From assembly GCA_013239625.1 (NCBI GenBank), contig MU056898.1, positions 711,717-775,716 of the forward strand: a DNA stretch of 64,000 nucleotides. The letters are read 5' to 3'. A model generated the notes under the pieces. That model ran no database searches and was not told where the DNA came from. It saw only the letters and a list, made by a program, of their open reading frames with translations. Made by a program: the position numbers and the translations under genes. Of the stretch, positions 48,121 through 58,945 are shown in pieces (position 1 is the stretch's first letter; every line of letters starts with the position of its first letter). Origin of the DNA: Lama guanicoe (lineage: Eukaryota).

Positions 48121-51100
48121 ACCGCCCGGCCGCCGCCCGCCCCACGTGCCAATCGCCCTGCTCCTCCCTGTGCCAGCCTTGCTGCTTACTCCCTGGTCCC
48201 CTGCCGGACCCTCCGCATGTACGCCAGGCCCGCTGCAGGCACCTCTGTGGCCACTCGACCCCTCCTCCCCTTCCTGCAGGGCCGTGGAGATGCCTGGCGC
48301 AGTCCTGCCGGTGGAGACGGGGCCAGGGGCCCAAACCTTCTCCTCCAGGGTCACGCACCTGGACACGGAGGGGTGCTGCTCCAATACCTGGGCCCTCCAG
48401 CCCCTGCCGCCATGCCCCTCAGCCCCCTGGAGTTGGGGATTTGCAGAGCTCTGCTCTGGGCCAGGTGTGTGGTGCTGGTGCTGTCCCTGCCGCTCCGTCT
48501 GCAGCACGCCGTCCCCACGGAGCCCTGCAGTCTCCTGGGCTGGCGCCCGCCTGCCCCTGCCCTCCCACAGCTCTGCTGCTTTTCCTGCCCCCACCACGTC
48601 TCTGCACCTCACCTCTTGGTTCACAGGCAGCGCAGCGTCAGTCTCTGCTGGGCGTCGAGGGAGGCCACGGGCGCCTGCCTGCTTGGCTCCCACGTGTGTG
48701 GGGACCACTTGCCTCTCTGCGGATCCGTAGCCCTTCCTTCTCTTGCCCACCCCGCCCTGCCCCAGGCTCCTCTTTGGTCAGTTGCCTGAAGCCTCCTGGG
48801 AGGGCCCCACTTTTTCGCCTTCTCTCCCAGCCTTGCTCTCCCCCTCAGCGCCTGCCCTGCCCATGGCACCCAGCCCTCCGTGGCGGCAGGAGACAGCAGG
48901 TGCCGTGCTGAGCCCAGGCTGCTCGCCCAGTGCTGGCCGCCTTCTTGGTGCCAAAACCCCTCCCCCACCCCAGAGACTTGGCGGCGTCTTCTGGTTCGTT
49001 TTTTGCACTAACCACACTTGTCATCTCTAGGGCAGGCGAGGCTGCGGGCCGAGCGGCGCCCCATTCTCTGTTCCCTTTCCAGGACAGGCACAGTGTCCCA
49101 GAGCTGGCCTGGGGGTGGACCCAAGCTGGCTGTGAATGTGCCCTCGGCCCCTGCCACCCCTCTTGGGACTAACCACTAACCTCACTCCAGTCTCTGGGGC
49201 CCCAGCCAACCCAGAATTGGAGAGTGTGACTCCAGGTCCAGGCTGGAGATGAGGCCCCTGGTAGCCCAATGGGAATCAGGCTGGAGACTTGGGGTGCTGC
49301 TGGGAGGTGTCATAGACCGAGAGGCAGCCCGAGGGCCTGGAGACCACTCTCTGGGCAGGCACTGCCCTGAGGGGGACCGTGTCCTCAGGAATGAATGTCC
49401 CTTGGGCTGTAGGACCGAGGTTCCTGTGGCCTCGGTCTTCCTACCTGTGAAGTGGGAACAAGGCTTCCCCAAGGTGCTTTTGGCTTAGTGTACAATGTTT
49501 GCTGTGTTTCCTGTGGGAAGGTGGGGACACCCTCAAATCAAGACGGGAAGTCCCCTGCCACTCCCAGCCCTGCCCAGCCAGCCTGAAATGGAGGGGCCAA
49601 ATGTGGGCTCTGGCATCTGTCACGCCAGAGGCAGGAGGGGGCCACTTGGCAGCCACACGAGGGCCTAGGCTGGGGTCGCACAGGGGCAGGTGGGAACTGG
49701 CCCAGCAGTTTACAGACACGGGGGCTCTTTCTCCCAGAGCAGCAGGGCCGTGCCCCTCTCCTGGGGTGGCCTGGGAGAGGCCACCGTCCTTTCCTCTGTC
49801 ATCCCTTCTTTGTGCTGGTGTCTGGGACCAAAAGGGTGGGTGGGCTTGGGCCCGGCCATATCTACCCCCATCCTGGGGCCTCCACCCTGGGAGGGGAGAG
49901 GAGTGAGTGGGCAAACATGGGGGTGTCCCAGGTGGGCCTGTGGCCCTCAGCCTCCCGTCTGAGCCCTTGCACGTGGCCAAACCTCATTGACGGGCTCCAG
50001 GCCCTCACTGTTCTGGGTCACCCACAGTGCGGGGCGGAAACCCACCTGCCCGGTTTTCCTCTGGGCTCCACCCCAGCGGGGCATTCCTGCCTGGGCCTCG
50101 AGGTGGGAGTTGCCGGCGGTGGTTGTCGGGGCGCCCTGCGCTCTGCCATCGCTCAGAAGCACAAACGGCCGCCCGGCCCGCGAGGCCTCGTAAATGTGAA
50201 ACGCCCGCAGCTCAGGAGCCGGGCGCTGCGGACCTGAGCCGCTCGGGCCCCCGTGCGTCCCGCGCGTGTGCCCGCCCGCCTGCGACTCCACCGGGTTCCT
50301 CCTCACCGCGGCTGAATAAAGGAAAAGGGGGGCAATCAAAAGGTGCAAGGCCAACCTCAGCCCCGGAGGGGAACTGCTTCCGCCGTTGGTTTTGTTTAGG
50401 CTCTTAAGTTTTCGGGCCCCCTTTCCTAACGAGCCCTGTTCGGGTGACCTCCCCACGTCAGCTCCCACCCTTCACCTGTGCGCCTTGCTCCCCGCGGGGC
50501 CCGCAGCCTCTGGGGGGTGGTGTCCTTGACCACGTGGGTGGGGGGAGCGGCCCGGGGCCCCTGCTGGGCTAGATGGGCCGAAGGGGCTCCAGCTGGCCGC
50601 TGGCGATGGGCTTCCCTGTGCAGGGGCCCGCCCCCACCCTCCCTTCGCCTGGTGCGGCGGGGTCGTCAGAAGACTTGACCCTTACCCCCCAGCAAGCCAC
50701 ACCCACCCCATCTCACTATGCAATTCTAGTCCCAGCTCCATCCCCACCCGCACCCCAGGGCCCCAGCACCGCCGAGAGGTGGGTGTGGTCGGCAGCCCGG
50801 CTCAGCTCCGGACGAGTGGGAAGCAGGGCCTCTTGTGTGGGACATTTTCGTTTAACCATAATGGTTGAGTGCCACTCCACTTTATATTTGTTATGTATAG
50901 TATCTCTCTCGAAGTAATTCTGTTAAGACTCCCCTCCCGGCCCTCGCGCCCGCCCCACCCCAAGGTGAGCTGGCACCCGGGGCGGGGAGCGGAGCCTGAG
51001 GTTCGGCGTCCTCCCACCTCCGTGGGGCCACGGCTGTGTGTGCTGTCGCTGTGTCTTTTTTTTTTTTTTTAACGGGGTTTGGGGTTTGATTTTTATTTCT

Positions 51101-51188
51101 CTGGGGGCTTTACTTTTCTTGGCAAATACTAAAAATCTCGCCAATGTAATTTCTGTGGTTTCTATTCAGCTTGGGTTTCATGTTTTAA

Positions 51189-51194
51189 AGTAAA
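51189..51194 (+). terminator. Probable distal TTYH3 poly(A) signal, variant AGTAAA
   Basis: Ends a U-rich, AT-rich terminal 3'UTR-like segment (50840-51210). Confidence 0.5.
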
Positions 51195-51229
51195 CAAATT
51201 TTAAAAAACAGGCCTCTCTTCCTCCGCTG

Positions 51230-51620
51230 TTTTGGCTCGCGCCCAACCCTGTGGGCCGGGCGGCCACGCGCCGGGCGCGGGGGGCGGTGCTCCCCCGCCG
51301 CGCACGCCTCCCTGCGGCCTGGGCCTGCGCTGGAGCCGCCGCGCCGCGCCGCGTGCCCCGCCTCCCGCCGCCGGGAGAGGTGGCCGCCGGCCCGGGCGGC
51401 GGGTGGAGGGCAGAGGCCGTGGGGGAGAGGTGTGTCCCCAGAAGGAGCACCTCCTGAGCGCCCCCGGGGCAACTCCTCGTCCTTCCGGCCGCCCCGCCCG
51501 GGCGGGCTCCCCGGCGGTCCACGGGCGCCCCTCGCCCCGCGCCGGCCTTCCTGGAGTCCTCGCTAGTGGGCTGCGCCCAGGTGGGACGGGCCGGGATCAC
51601 GCTCGTCATCTGAGAAGCGG
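51230..51620. promoter_or_regulatory. Orphan CpG island just downstream of TTYH3
   Basis: Very high GC and CpG density with no recognisable coding exon. Confidence 0.65.
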
Positions 51621-52179
51621 GCCCAGGAAGGTGCCCTGTTGTCCGAGGCCGCAAAGCCCAGCTCATAACCCTAAGGAGACGGGAGGGATACCACCCCCCT
51701 CACAGGGAGACCCTTGGGACCTGTGGGGTCGGAGGAGGCACACGTTCCCTGAGAGCGTTTGTCGCCGGTGCCCTGAGCACAGGCGGGCTAGGGAGCTGTA
51801 AGACACGGGGCTGCGGTGGCATTGCTAGCACCTGGGCTCCTTGCTCTCAGCACGGTGGGCACCTGGGCTGGTGCGGGGGAGCCGGGCGGAGCCGCTGCCT
51901 CCTGCACACGCCTGCAGCCCGGTCCAGGGCGTTGATTTGACTGGCTTCTAGGGAAGGAAGCCCAGGATGCATGTGCACTGAAGGGGGCACCGCTGAGCAC
52001 CCAGCATGTTGCCATGTGGTGAGGAGAATGAACTGGGGACCTTTGCACCAAAAAGGTGAGAGAGCCTCAGGCTTGGAGTGAGTGCCCAGGACCATGAGGG
52101 AAAGGCTCCGGGCACGCCCTGCTCCTCTCAGACCTCAGTTTCCTGTCTGCGTAGCAGGGCAGGTACAGTGACATGCTGG

Positions 52180-52458
52180 GTCTGGAGGCTGCACATTCCT
52201 TAGCTCGAAGCCCCTGCTCTGACTTCAGAGCCAGCAGTGCAGCACCTTCAGACCTCTGTTCGGACCCTGGCCCCTCCTGCCTCCTCCCTATGAGGACCTT
52301 TGTGATTGCATCAGGCCTTCCTGGGTAATCCAGGGTGATCTCAAGTTCCTTAATTTACTCACATCTACAAAATCCCTTTTGCCATGTAAGGTGATCTATT
52401 CACAGGTTCCAGGGAGTAGGACTTGGACATCTTTGGGAGCCATTTTTCTGTCACCCAT
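52180..52458 (-). mobile_element. MLT1D-like LTR fragment
   Basis: cacatctacaaaatcccttttgccatgtaaggtga...ggacatctttgggagccat motif. Confidence 0.8.
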
Positions 52459-53510
52459 GGGAAGATAGTCTTGAGGATATCTGAGGAAAGAGAGCTCCAG
52501 GCAGGAGAGCAGCCAGCGCAAAGGCCCTGAGGCAGATACATGCCTCTTGTAGTCAAGCTAGGAGGGGCAGGTGACCAGAGTAGAGGGAGGAGGGGGAGAG
52601 TGGCTGGAGATGAAGTAAAGGTTGGGGGGATTGCCAAGGGCTCATAGGCCTTGTAAGGACTTTGACATCGACTCTGAGGGAGATGGGAGCCATGGAGGGT
52701 CTGAGCAGACTGGCATGACTTGACAGTCATTTTAAAGGATCGCCCTGGCTGCTGAGTTGGGAAGAGGACGAGGTCCGAAGTGGCAGACTACTAGGAGGCT
52801 ACTTCTGTGATGCAGATGAGAGTCGAGGGCGGCGCAGGCCAGGGTGGTGGCCAGCCGTGGAGCGGTGAGAGGGATCGGGCCCTGGAAGGTAATGCCAGGA
52901 GCACTTCCTGGAACACTGTGTGGAGGTGTGCAGTCTGGATCTAGTTGTGTTGTCATAGAGGTGGGATCTAGGGGCGCTCAGAGGTCCAGTCTGGGACATG
53001 TTGAGCCCCAGGTGTTCACTGGATACCCCAGGGGAGGTTTGGAGCATGGCGGGATTCTGGGGAGAGCACTGGGTGGGGATGGTCTGCTGGAGTCTTGGGC
53101 ATTGTACTGTTTAAAGCCATGAGCCTGGGTGATGTCCCCCAGGGAGTGGGGCGGAAGAGGAGATAGCAGGGCCAAGGGTCAGGTTGGGGGCTTCCGGTCT
53201 GGGGTCTGAGGGGTGCAAGGGGGACCAGTGAGGCAAGAGAAAGCCAAGACAGTGGGTATCCTGGGAGATGCATGAAGACAGTCTCGGGGAGGGGTGAGGG
53301 ACCATGTCAAATGCTGCTGGTGGCCAGGTCCACGAGGACTAGGCAGTGACCAGTGGATCTGGGAACCTGGATGACACTGGACAGGGGCAGGTCCGGTGAA
53401 GCCCTCCAGTTGGCACGGGGACAGCTCCTTTTTCGAGTTTAGCTGCAAAGTAGAAAAATGGTGCAGCAGCTGGTGGGTGGGAGTGACCCAGAGAAGTCTA
53501 TGTGTGTTTC

Positions 53511-53614
53511 CTTTTTTGGGGATGAGGGGAGGTAATTAGGTTTTTATGTATTTATTTATTTAACGGAGGTGCTGGGGATTGAACCCAGGTCTACCGCTAA
53601 GCTAGACTCCCCCA
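53511..53614 (-). mobile_element. Vic-1-like SINE with internal deletion
   Basis: ggggaggtaattagg...tttatttattt...gctggggattgaacccagg; short gtgtgttt flanking repeat. Confidence 0.78.
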
Positions 53615-53799
53615 CGAGCCCGTGTGTTTTAACATGGGGAAATAACAGCGTGTTGAAAAGGCTGGCAGGAATGGTCTCGGGGACAGAAGTGGCTGCGGCA
53701 GGGAAGAGGGGACAGTCCATTGGTGGAGTGATGTTGCTGAGTTGCCAAGTGGGGCTGAGACGTAGGTCACAGGGCAGGGGATGGCCACAGACAGGAGCT

Positions 53800-53818
53800 C
53801 AGCGCCCCCTGCCGGCCC
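53800..53818 (-). promoter_or_regulatory. CTCF motif candidate (GGGCCGGCAGGGGGCGCTG on minus)
   Basis: Close match to the CTCF consensus TGGCCACCAGGGGGCGCTA. Confidence 0.55.
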
Positions 53819-54659
53819 AGTGCTCAGAGCACATGGGTAGCCTGGGGCTGGGGTGCCAGATGGTCTCATGGAGTCGTGAGAAGGCTGAAGAGGAGGTGGG
53901 GGGCTGTGGGAGAGCCAGGGGACCAGGGACAGTGGAACCCCCAAGGGCCCCTTACACGCATGGTCTGGAACTCAGGTGAGACTCCCCAGGTGGGGAAGCA
54001 GCCCCTCTGGCCGCTCAGGTATGGGAGGGTGGTGAGCAGGCGGAGGGCCGGACGCAGCAGGTCAGAGACTACAGGCTTGGCCAAGAGAAGATGTGGAAGT
54101 GAGAGAGGCCAAGGGAGGTGAAGGTGACTTCAAGGCTGTGACTAGACCCTGGGATTTCAGCCAGGGGAGGACAGGTCCTTGAGGGGTGCGGGATCTGGGG
54201 GTCCAGTGGAGTCCGGAAACCAGAGGGAGTGAGCTGGACAGACAGGAGGTGGAGGCAGAGTGGGACACTGCTGCTATGGGGTGGGCAAGGTCTGGGAAAT
54301 GGCCATGGGTGGGGATCAAGGAGGGGGCAGGGTATTGGGGGAGGGGCCACCAATGGTGTAGGAAGGGTCTCAGAGGCCAAGTCACCAGGAACAGACTCAG
54401 GACACTCAGTGTGGGACAGAGTGGTTGTCAGCCAGGAGGCAAAGTCTCCCTGGGACCAGGGGGCCTGTGGACACCCACAGGGTGGGGGCAGCAGAGGCTG
54501 ACTTGGTGGGAGGGGGCAGAGGAGGAGGGTCTGCACCAGGTCACAGGAGAATCTCCAGGAGGAGTGAGGTGTGAGGACAGCAGATTCCCGGCAGGGGGTG
54601 CTGGGTCCTCAGAGGCCGAGACTTGGCAGGGTCAAATGGACACTGTTGGAGGAGCCACC

Positions 54660-54750
54660 TGGAGTTCCCAGTGGGCTGGGCAGGCCCGGGAATCTGCATT
54701 CCCAGCAAGTTCCCAGTGACCGCAGGCTGCTGGTCTGGGGCTTAGCTGTG
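54660..54750. mobile_element. MER5A-like DNA transposon fragment
   Basis: ggcccgggaatctgcattcccagcaagttcccagtga...gctgctggtc motif. Confidence 0.6.
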
Positions 54751-55142
54751 ACCACCGCGATCAAGCAGGAATGAGCGGTCACTTGGCTGAGGTGGAGGAT
54801 CTGGGGATTCCACCAGGATGGGCTGCGAGGAGATGCAGCAGCCAGCCCCACGCCAGAGCGAGGGGGCAGGATGGCGGCAGGGGTGGCCTGCAGCAGCTGG
54901 CTCAAGCTTGCCTCTTGACATCGCATGTGCTGCATGAACCAAGTATTGGTCATAACCAGTAGATTCCAAACATTGGTAATACAGCAAATATGGGTAATAA
55001 CAAAAGATTCGTGATGTGAACTTTTAAAAGCAAGCAAGGAGCTGCAGAGATGGGGTCTCCTGCTTGCCACTCGGGGGCTCCACCCTAGATCAGGGTGGGG
55101 TCCTGGGAAAGGTGGATTCGGCGTGGGAGAAACTACCGGCTC

Positions 55143-55161
55143 TGGCCACCAGGTGGCGCCC
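55143..55161 (+). promoter_or_regulatory. CTCF motif candidate (TGGCCACCAGGTGGCGCCC)
   Basis: Near-perfect match to the CTCF consensus. Confidence 0.68.
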
Positions 55162-56305
55162 AAGGACTATGGTGGGTTATACATGGTGAGGGGGTTGTCC
55201 CTGAGGCCTGGGCAGGCATGGGGGAAAGCAGCCACAGCTCCGAGACCCCGCATTCAGCATGGCTGCATAATGTGGGCAGCCTCCAGGGGCCAGGACGAGG
55301 AGCTCCTCCGTCCCTGGGTCCACGCCTAGCCATGGGCCAAGTGCCTTCTGTGTGTCCAGCCCTGGGCTCAGAAAGGACCTGGGGAAGGGGTCACATCCAG
55401 GAACACGTGGTGAGGCCGGGCCTGGGCACCTGGGCCTGGGGTGGCAGCAGGACTGGTCAACTGGTCTGACAGACAAAAAGATGGGGCTGGCTCTGGTCCC
55501 CCGCCTCCCGTGCCCTCTGATCCCAGGCCCAGAGAAGGCAGGACTGGCTGAAGCCACCAGCAGGGTCGGGCCTCTCAAACCTCGAACCTTGGATGGAGCT
55601 TTATGAAAAGCCCTGGTTGCCTGCTGGTGGTTGGGCTGGGTGGAGGAGGGTCCTGGAGACCCGACCACATCCCACCCTCCCTCCCAGCCCTCCAGGCATC
55701 CTGGCTGGTCCCCTCTCTGCCCTTCACCCAGGCTGTGGTGAGACTGGGAACACCTTCCTCTCCCCACTCTGCTGCTGCAGGGTGTCCCTGTTCCAGCCCA
55801 GGTAAAGGGAAGCTGGTTTAAACTGAGCAGGAAGGGGCCCACCCTGGCACCTCTCAGCCCCTCCAAGACCTGGCTCAGCCTCTGCTCTGGCTGCACGGAA
55901 GCCAGGGGTTGGGGGAGCACCCAGCAGCCCCAGTGGTTGCGGTTTTACTCTTTATTTTTGGAAGCCTGCAAGTGACCAGCCGTTTGGGAGGGCCAGGCTG
56001 GGCTGGGCTGCGGGGTGTGGAGCCGCCTGAGCCAGCCAGGACCTCTCCAACTGACCACTGGCCGAGTGCGTGGGTGAGGGGCAACGATGCCACCTGGGGG
56101 TGGGACACTGCTGCCCCCAGTTGTGCCTCGGGGAAGGGGGCATCTGTGACTCGTCTCCTGGGAGAAGGGGGAGCCCGCCTCACACCCTGAGGGCAGCAGA
56201 TGGGAGAAGTCAGGCTGCCCGGTTCCTGGAAGGCCTCATGGACCTGCTTCCCCTTCTGAGGAAGGGGAACTTCCCTCCTCCCTCAGCTTCTCATTTAAGA
56301 GGAAA

Positions 56306-56395
56306 GGGGAGGCGGGTACAGCTCAGTGGTAGAGCATGTGCTTAGCATGCACAAGGTCCTGGGTTCAGTCCCCAGCACCTTGATTTAAAAAAAAA
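56306..56395 (+). mobile_element. Short tRNA-Ala(AGC)-derived SINE (Vic-1 head plus A tail)
   Basis: gctcagtggtagagcatgtgcttagcatgcacaaggtcctgggttcagtccccagcacc plus poly(A); aaagggg on both flanks. Confidence 0.8.
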
Positions 56396-57828
56396 GGGGC
56401 CAGGATGCTGCTGGCCTGTGCCCCTCTGTGACCCCTCCCAGGCCCAGAGCACCAGGGTGTCCCCCTTTCTCGGACTGAAGTCAAGGCTCCCCCCACCAAC
56501 CTGGTCTCCTCTGCCCTCCCTGCTCAGCGCCCCACCCCATGGGGCAGCTCAGACCAGCTATGACCTGCCAGTGGAGTCTCCCCGCCCCGGCAGGGGCCTC
56601 CGGGCCCCGCCAGCTCTGTGGGGAGGTGATGCCAGCGCAGCTGGGGCCCTGGGTCTACACTCGGCCGGGTCAGAGGCTCCTCTGACTCACACAGCAGGAA
56701 GGGGGCCCAGGGCCTCTGCCCGCAGGAGGCAGCAGTTCCGCTGACACCCCCTACCCCCCCATGTGTCCCTACCCAGCTGGCACACAGTGGATGCTGAGGT
56801 GAGGCTGGGGGTGTCTCCCAGATAGGGGTGAGGCTGTGTAATGGTGAGGGGCCCTCCTTCCCTCCCACTGGCGCAGTCACTGTCCAAACCACACTGCTGA
56901 TTCAGTCAGGCCCCAGCCAGTCCCCCCCAGGCCAGGGCAGGCCCCAGGGATGAGGAAGGGGCTCTCCCTGGGGGTGGTGCATGTGTGAGCCTGGGTCCTG
57001 TGGGGGTGGGGCTGGCATTTGGCCTCCAGATCAGGGACCGGAAGGGAGGCACCCTTCCAACCACTGTGTCTGCTTTCTGATGTGCTGATAGGGCCAAGCT
57101 TGGGGCAGTGGGGGGTGAGGTCACAGGGACTGTGCAGCCGCAGGGGCAGCTGGGCTCAGTCTGAGGAAGAGGAAGTGAGGGCTGCCCCAGACCAGGGAGG
57201 GGTGCAGAGGGGGACTCCCCAGCTGAGGCCAGAGCAGCCCCTCCCCACTCCTGCCATCACACAGGCTTGATCTGAGGAAGAGCCGAGGAGCTGCTTTCTG
57301 CAGAAAAGCAGTGCAGGGCGAGTCCTGGCCCAGAATCCTGGGGCCAGTCCAGGGCCAGCAGCATGGGCAGTGGGGGACAGCTGGCCTCAGAGTGTGAGCT
57401 CTTTACCAGCCCAGCTACCTGACCTTGGGCATCACTTGCTCTGAGCCTGTTTCCCCATCTGCACAGGGGGGCAACAATGTGCCGTCTGCGTGCCCGTGAC
57501 AGGGATGAAGCCGGGTAAGGAGGTCCCTGGCCAGGCCACAGCCAGCCCCCGTCCTCCCGCAGAGAGAGCTGGACTCCCTGGCAGCTGTCCAGGGCCAGGC
57601 TGGCCCAGGCCAGGGCTGCAGAGCCTCAGGGCTGCCCGTTGACTAAGACCTGCAGGCTCAGAACGCCTCCCACTCCTAGGCAGGAGCCCTGGCCTGGCCA
57701 CAAGAGACCTTCCTGCAATAGCCGGCCTGGGGGTCTCCACCCAGCAAGCCCCCAGCCCAGCTGGGTCCACCTCCCACCGACCTGCAGCTCAGGGCAACTT
57801 CCAGCCAAGGGGTGCCCCAAAGAGCATC

Positions 57829-57834
57829 TTTATT
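57829..57834 (-). terminator. LFNG polyadenylation signal AATAAA
   Basis: TTTATT on plus about 1.05 kb past the LFNG stop, at the end of an AT-richer UTR segment. Confidence 0.8.
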
Positions 57835-58878
57835 CACAGCAAAGGACGTCACCATAGCAACACACTTCAATTCCCTGAGAACTTTTCCCTTATCATTCAC
57901 TTTCCTAGCTATGTCTTTGCAGAAAGAAAAACAGAAGACAAAACATGCCCCACTGGCCAGGTGCGCAGAGCTAGGCTGGTGGGAGACAGGTTCTGTGCGG
58001 GAGGTGGGCGGGGAGAGGCCAGATCCCACGACATATAAATACACAGAGTGTCAGACATTTCCATCAGCTTTAACAGCAAAGATGTCCCAAGTTTGGCTTC
58101 TGCTTTTTCTGATCCACAGAAAAGATAAAAATAACAGCCTTCCCCACCTCCCCCCAGAAGAAAGGTCAAAAACACCCTACCTTTTACCCCCCACTTTGAA
58201 AAACAAGCACAGTGAAAAATACTGTCACAATATTTACAGACACACCCAGTATGGGCGACTTTCTCTCTACTTCAGAGAGGAGATAAAATGCTCAGCTGGC
58301 TCCCCATCACAAAGGGAAGACGGCTGAGAGGGCTGGGTCGCCCCCTTCCCCGGGGGCGCTACACCTCCCCCGCCGCTAGGCCACTGGGGCTGCCATTACG
58401 ATGAAGATGAACCGCAGGGCCCAGGCCAGAGCTCAGCAGGGGGACCCAGCGTGAGCTGTCCTGGGGGCTCCGAGGCAGGAGCGGGATCCCAGGGTGCAGG
58501 TGTCCCCCGCTCAGGGCCTGCCTAGGAGGGAAGGGCCCTGCACAGCGCTGCAGAGTGGCCTCCGGTCCCCACGCTGCCCAAAGACCTCAGAGTAATAATA
58601 AAACCACCCTCAGAGTGACCCCTGACGTAAAAGTCCTTCTGGGACATGGGCCCGGAGCCGCTACCCGGCAGAGCAGGGGAAAACGGACAGGTGGCACTTT
58701 GCCTGCTCCTCGGCGGCGCAGAGCCGCCCAGCAGTCTGCTACACGGATGGGCACACAGTACACACACAGGCACGGCCCTGGGGGAGCCTCAAATGCCGAG
58801 GACAGGGCAGCACAACAGGGTTCCCCAGGCCCTTTGGATACCAGGGGTGCCCGGGGACAGGGTTTCGGCCACAAGCTG

Positions 58879-58945
58879 CTAGAAGGTGGCAGTGCGGGGA
58901 CACCAGGGTGTGTCCGGGTACAGGTGGCAGTGGATGGAGCGGAAC
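58879..58945 (-). CDS. LFNG: LFNG exon 8, coding part
   Basis: [24 protein letters not shown] at 58881-58879. Confidence 0.95.

Larger units (their letters stand above)
52470..54600 (-). mobile_element. Long degraded L2 element, interrupted by a SINE
   Basis: gcaaaggccctgaggcag, ttgtaaggactttg and ttttaaaggatcgccctggctgctg motifs; right boundary approximate. Confidence 0.65.

Noticed and set aside
47938-48911. 270-315 aa ORFs over TTYH3 exon 14 and its 3'UTR
   Set aside because: Low-complexity translations with no recognisable domain; consistent with GC-rich UTR.
56306-56395. Functional tRNA-Ala(AGC) gene
   Set aside because: Poor acceptor stem, altered T loop (GTTCAGT), an A tail and flanking direct repeats indicate a SINE copy.
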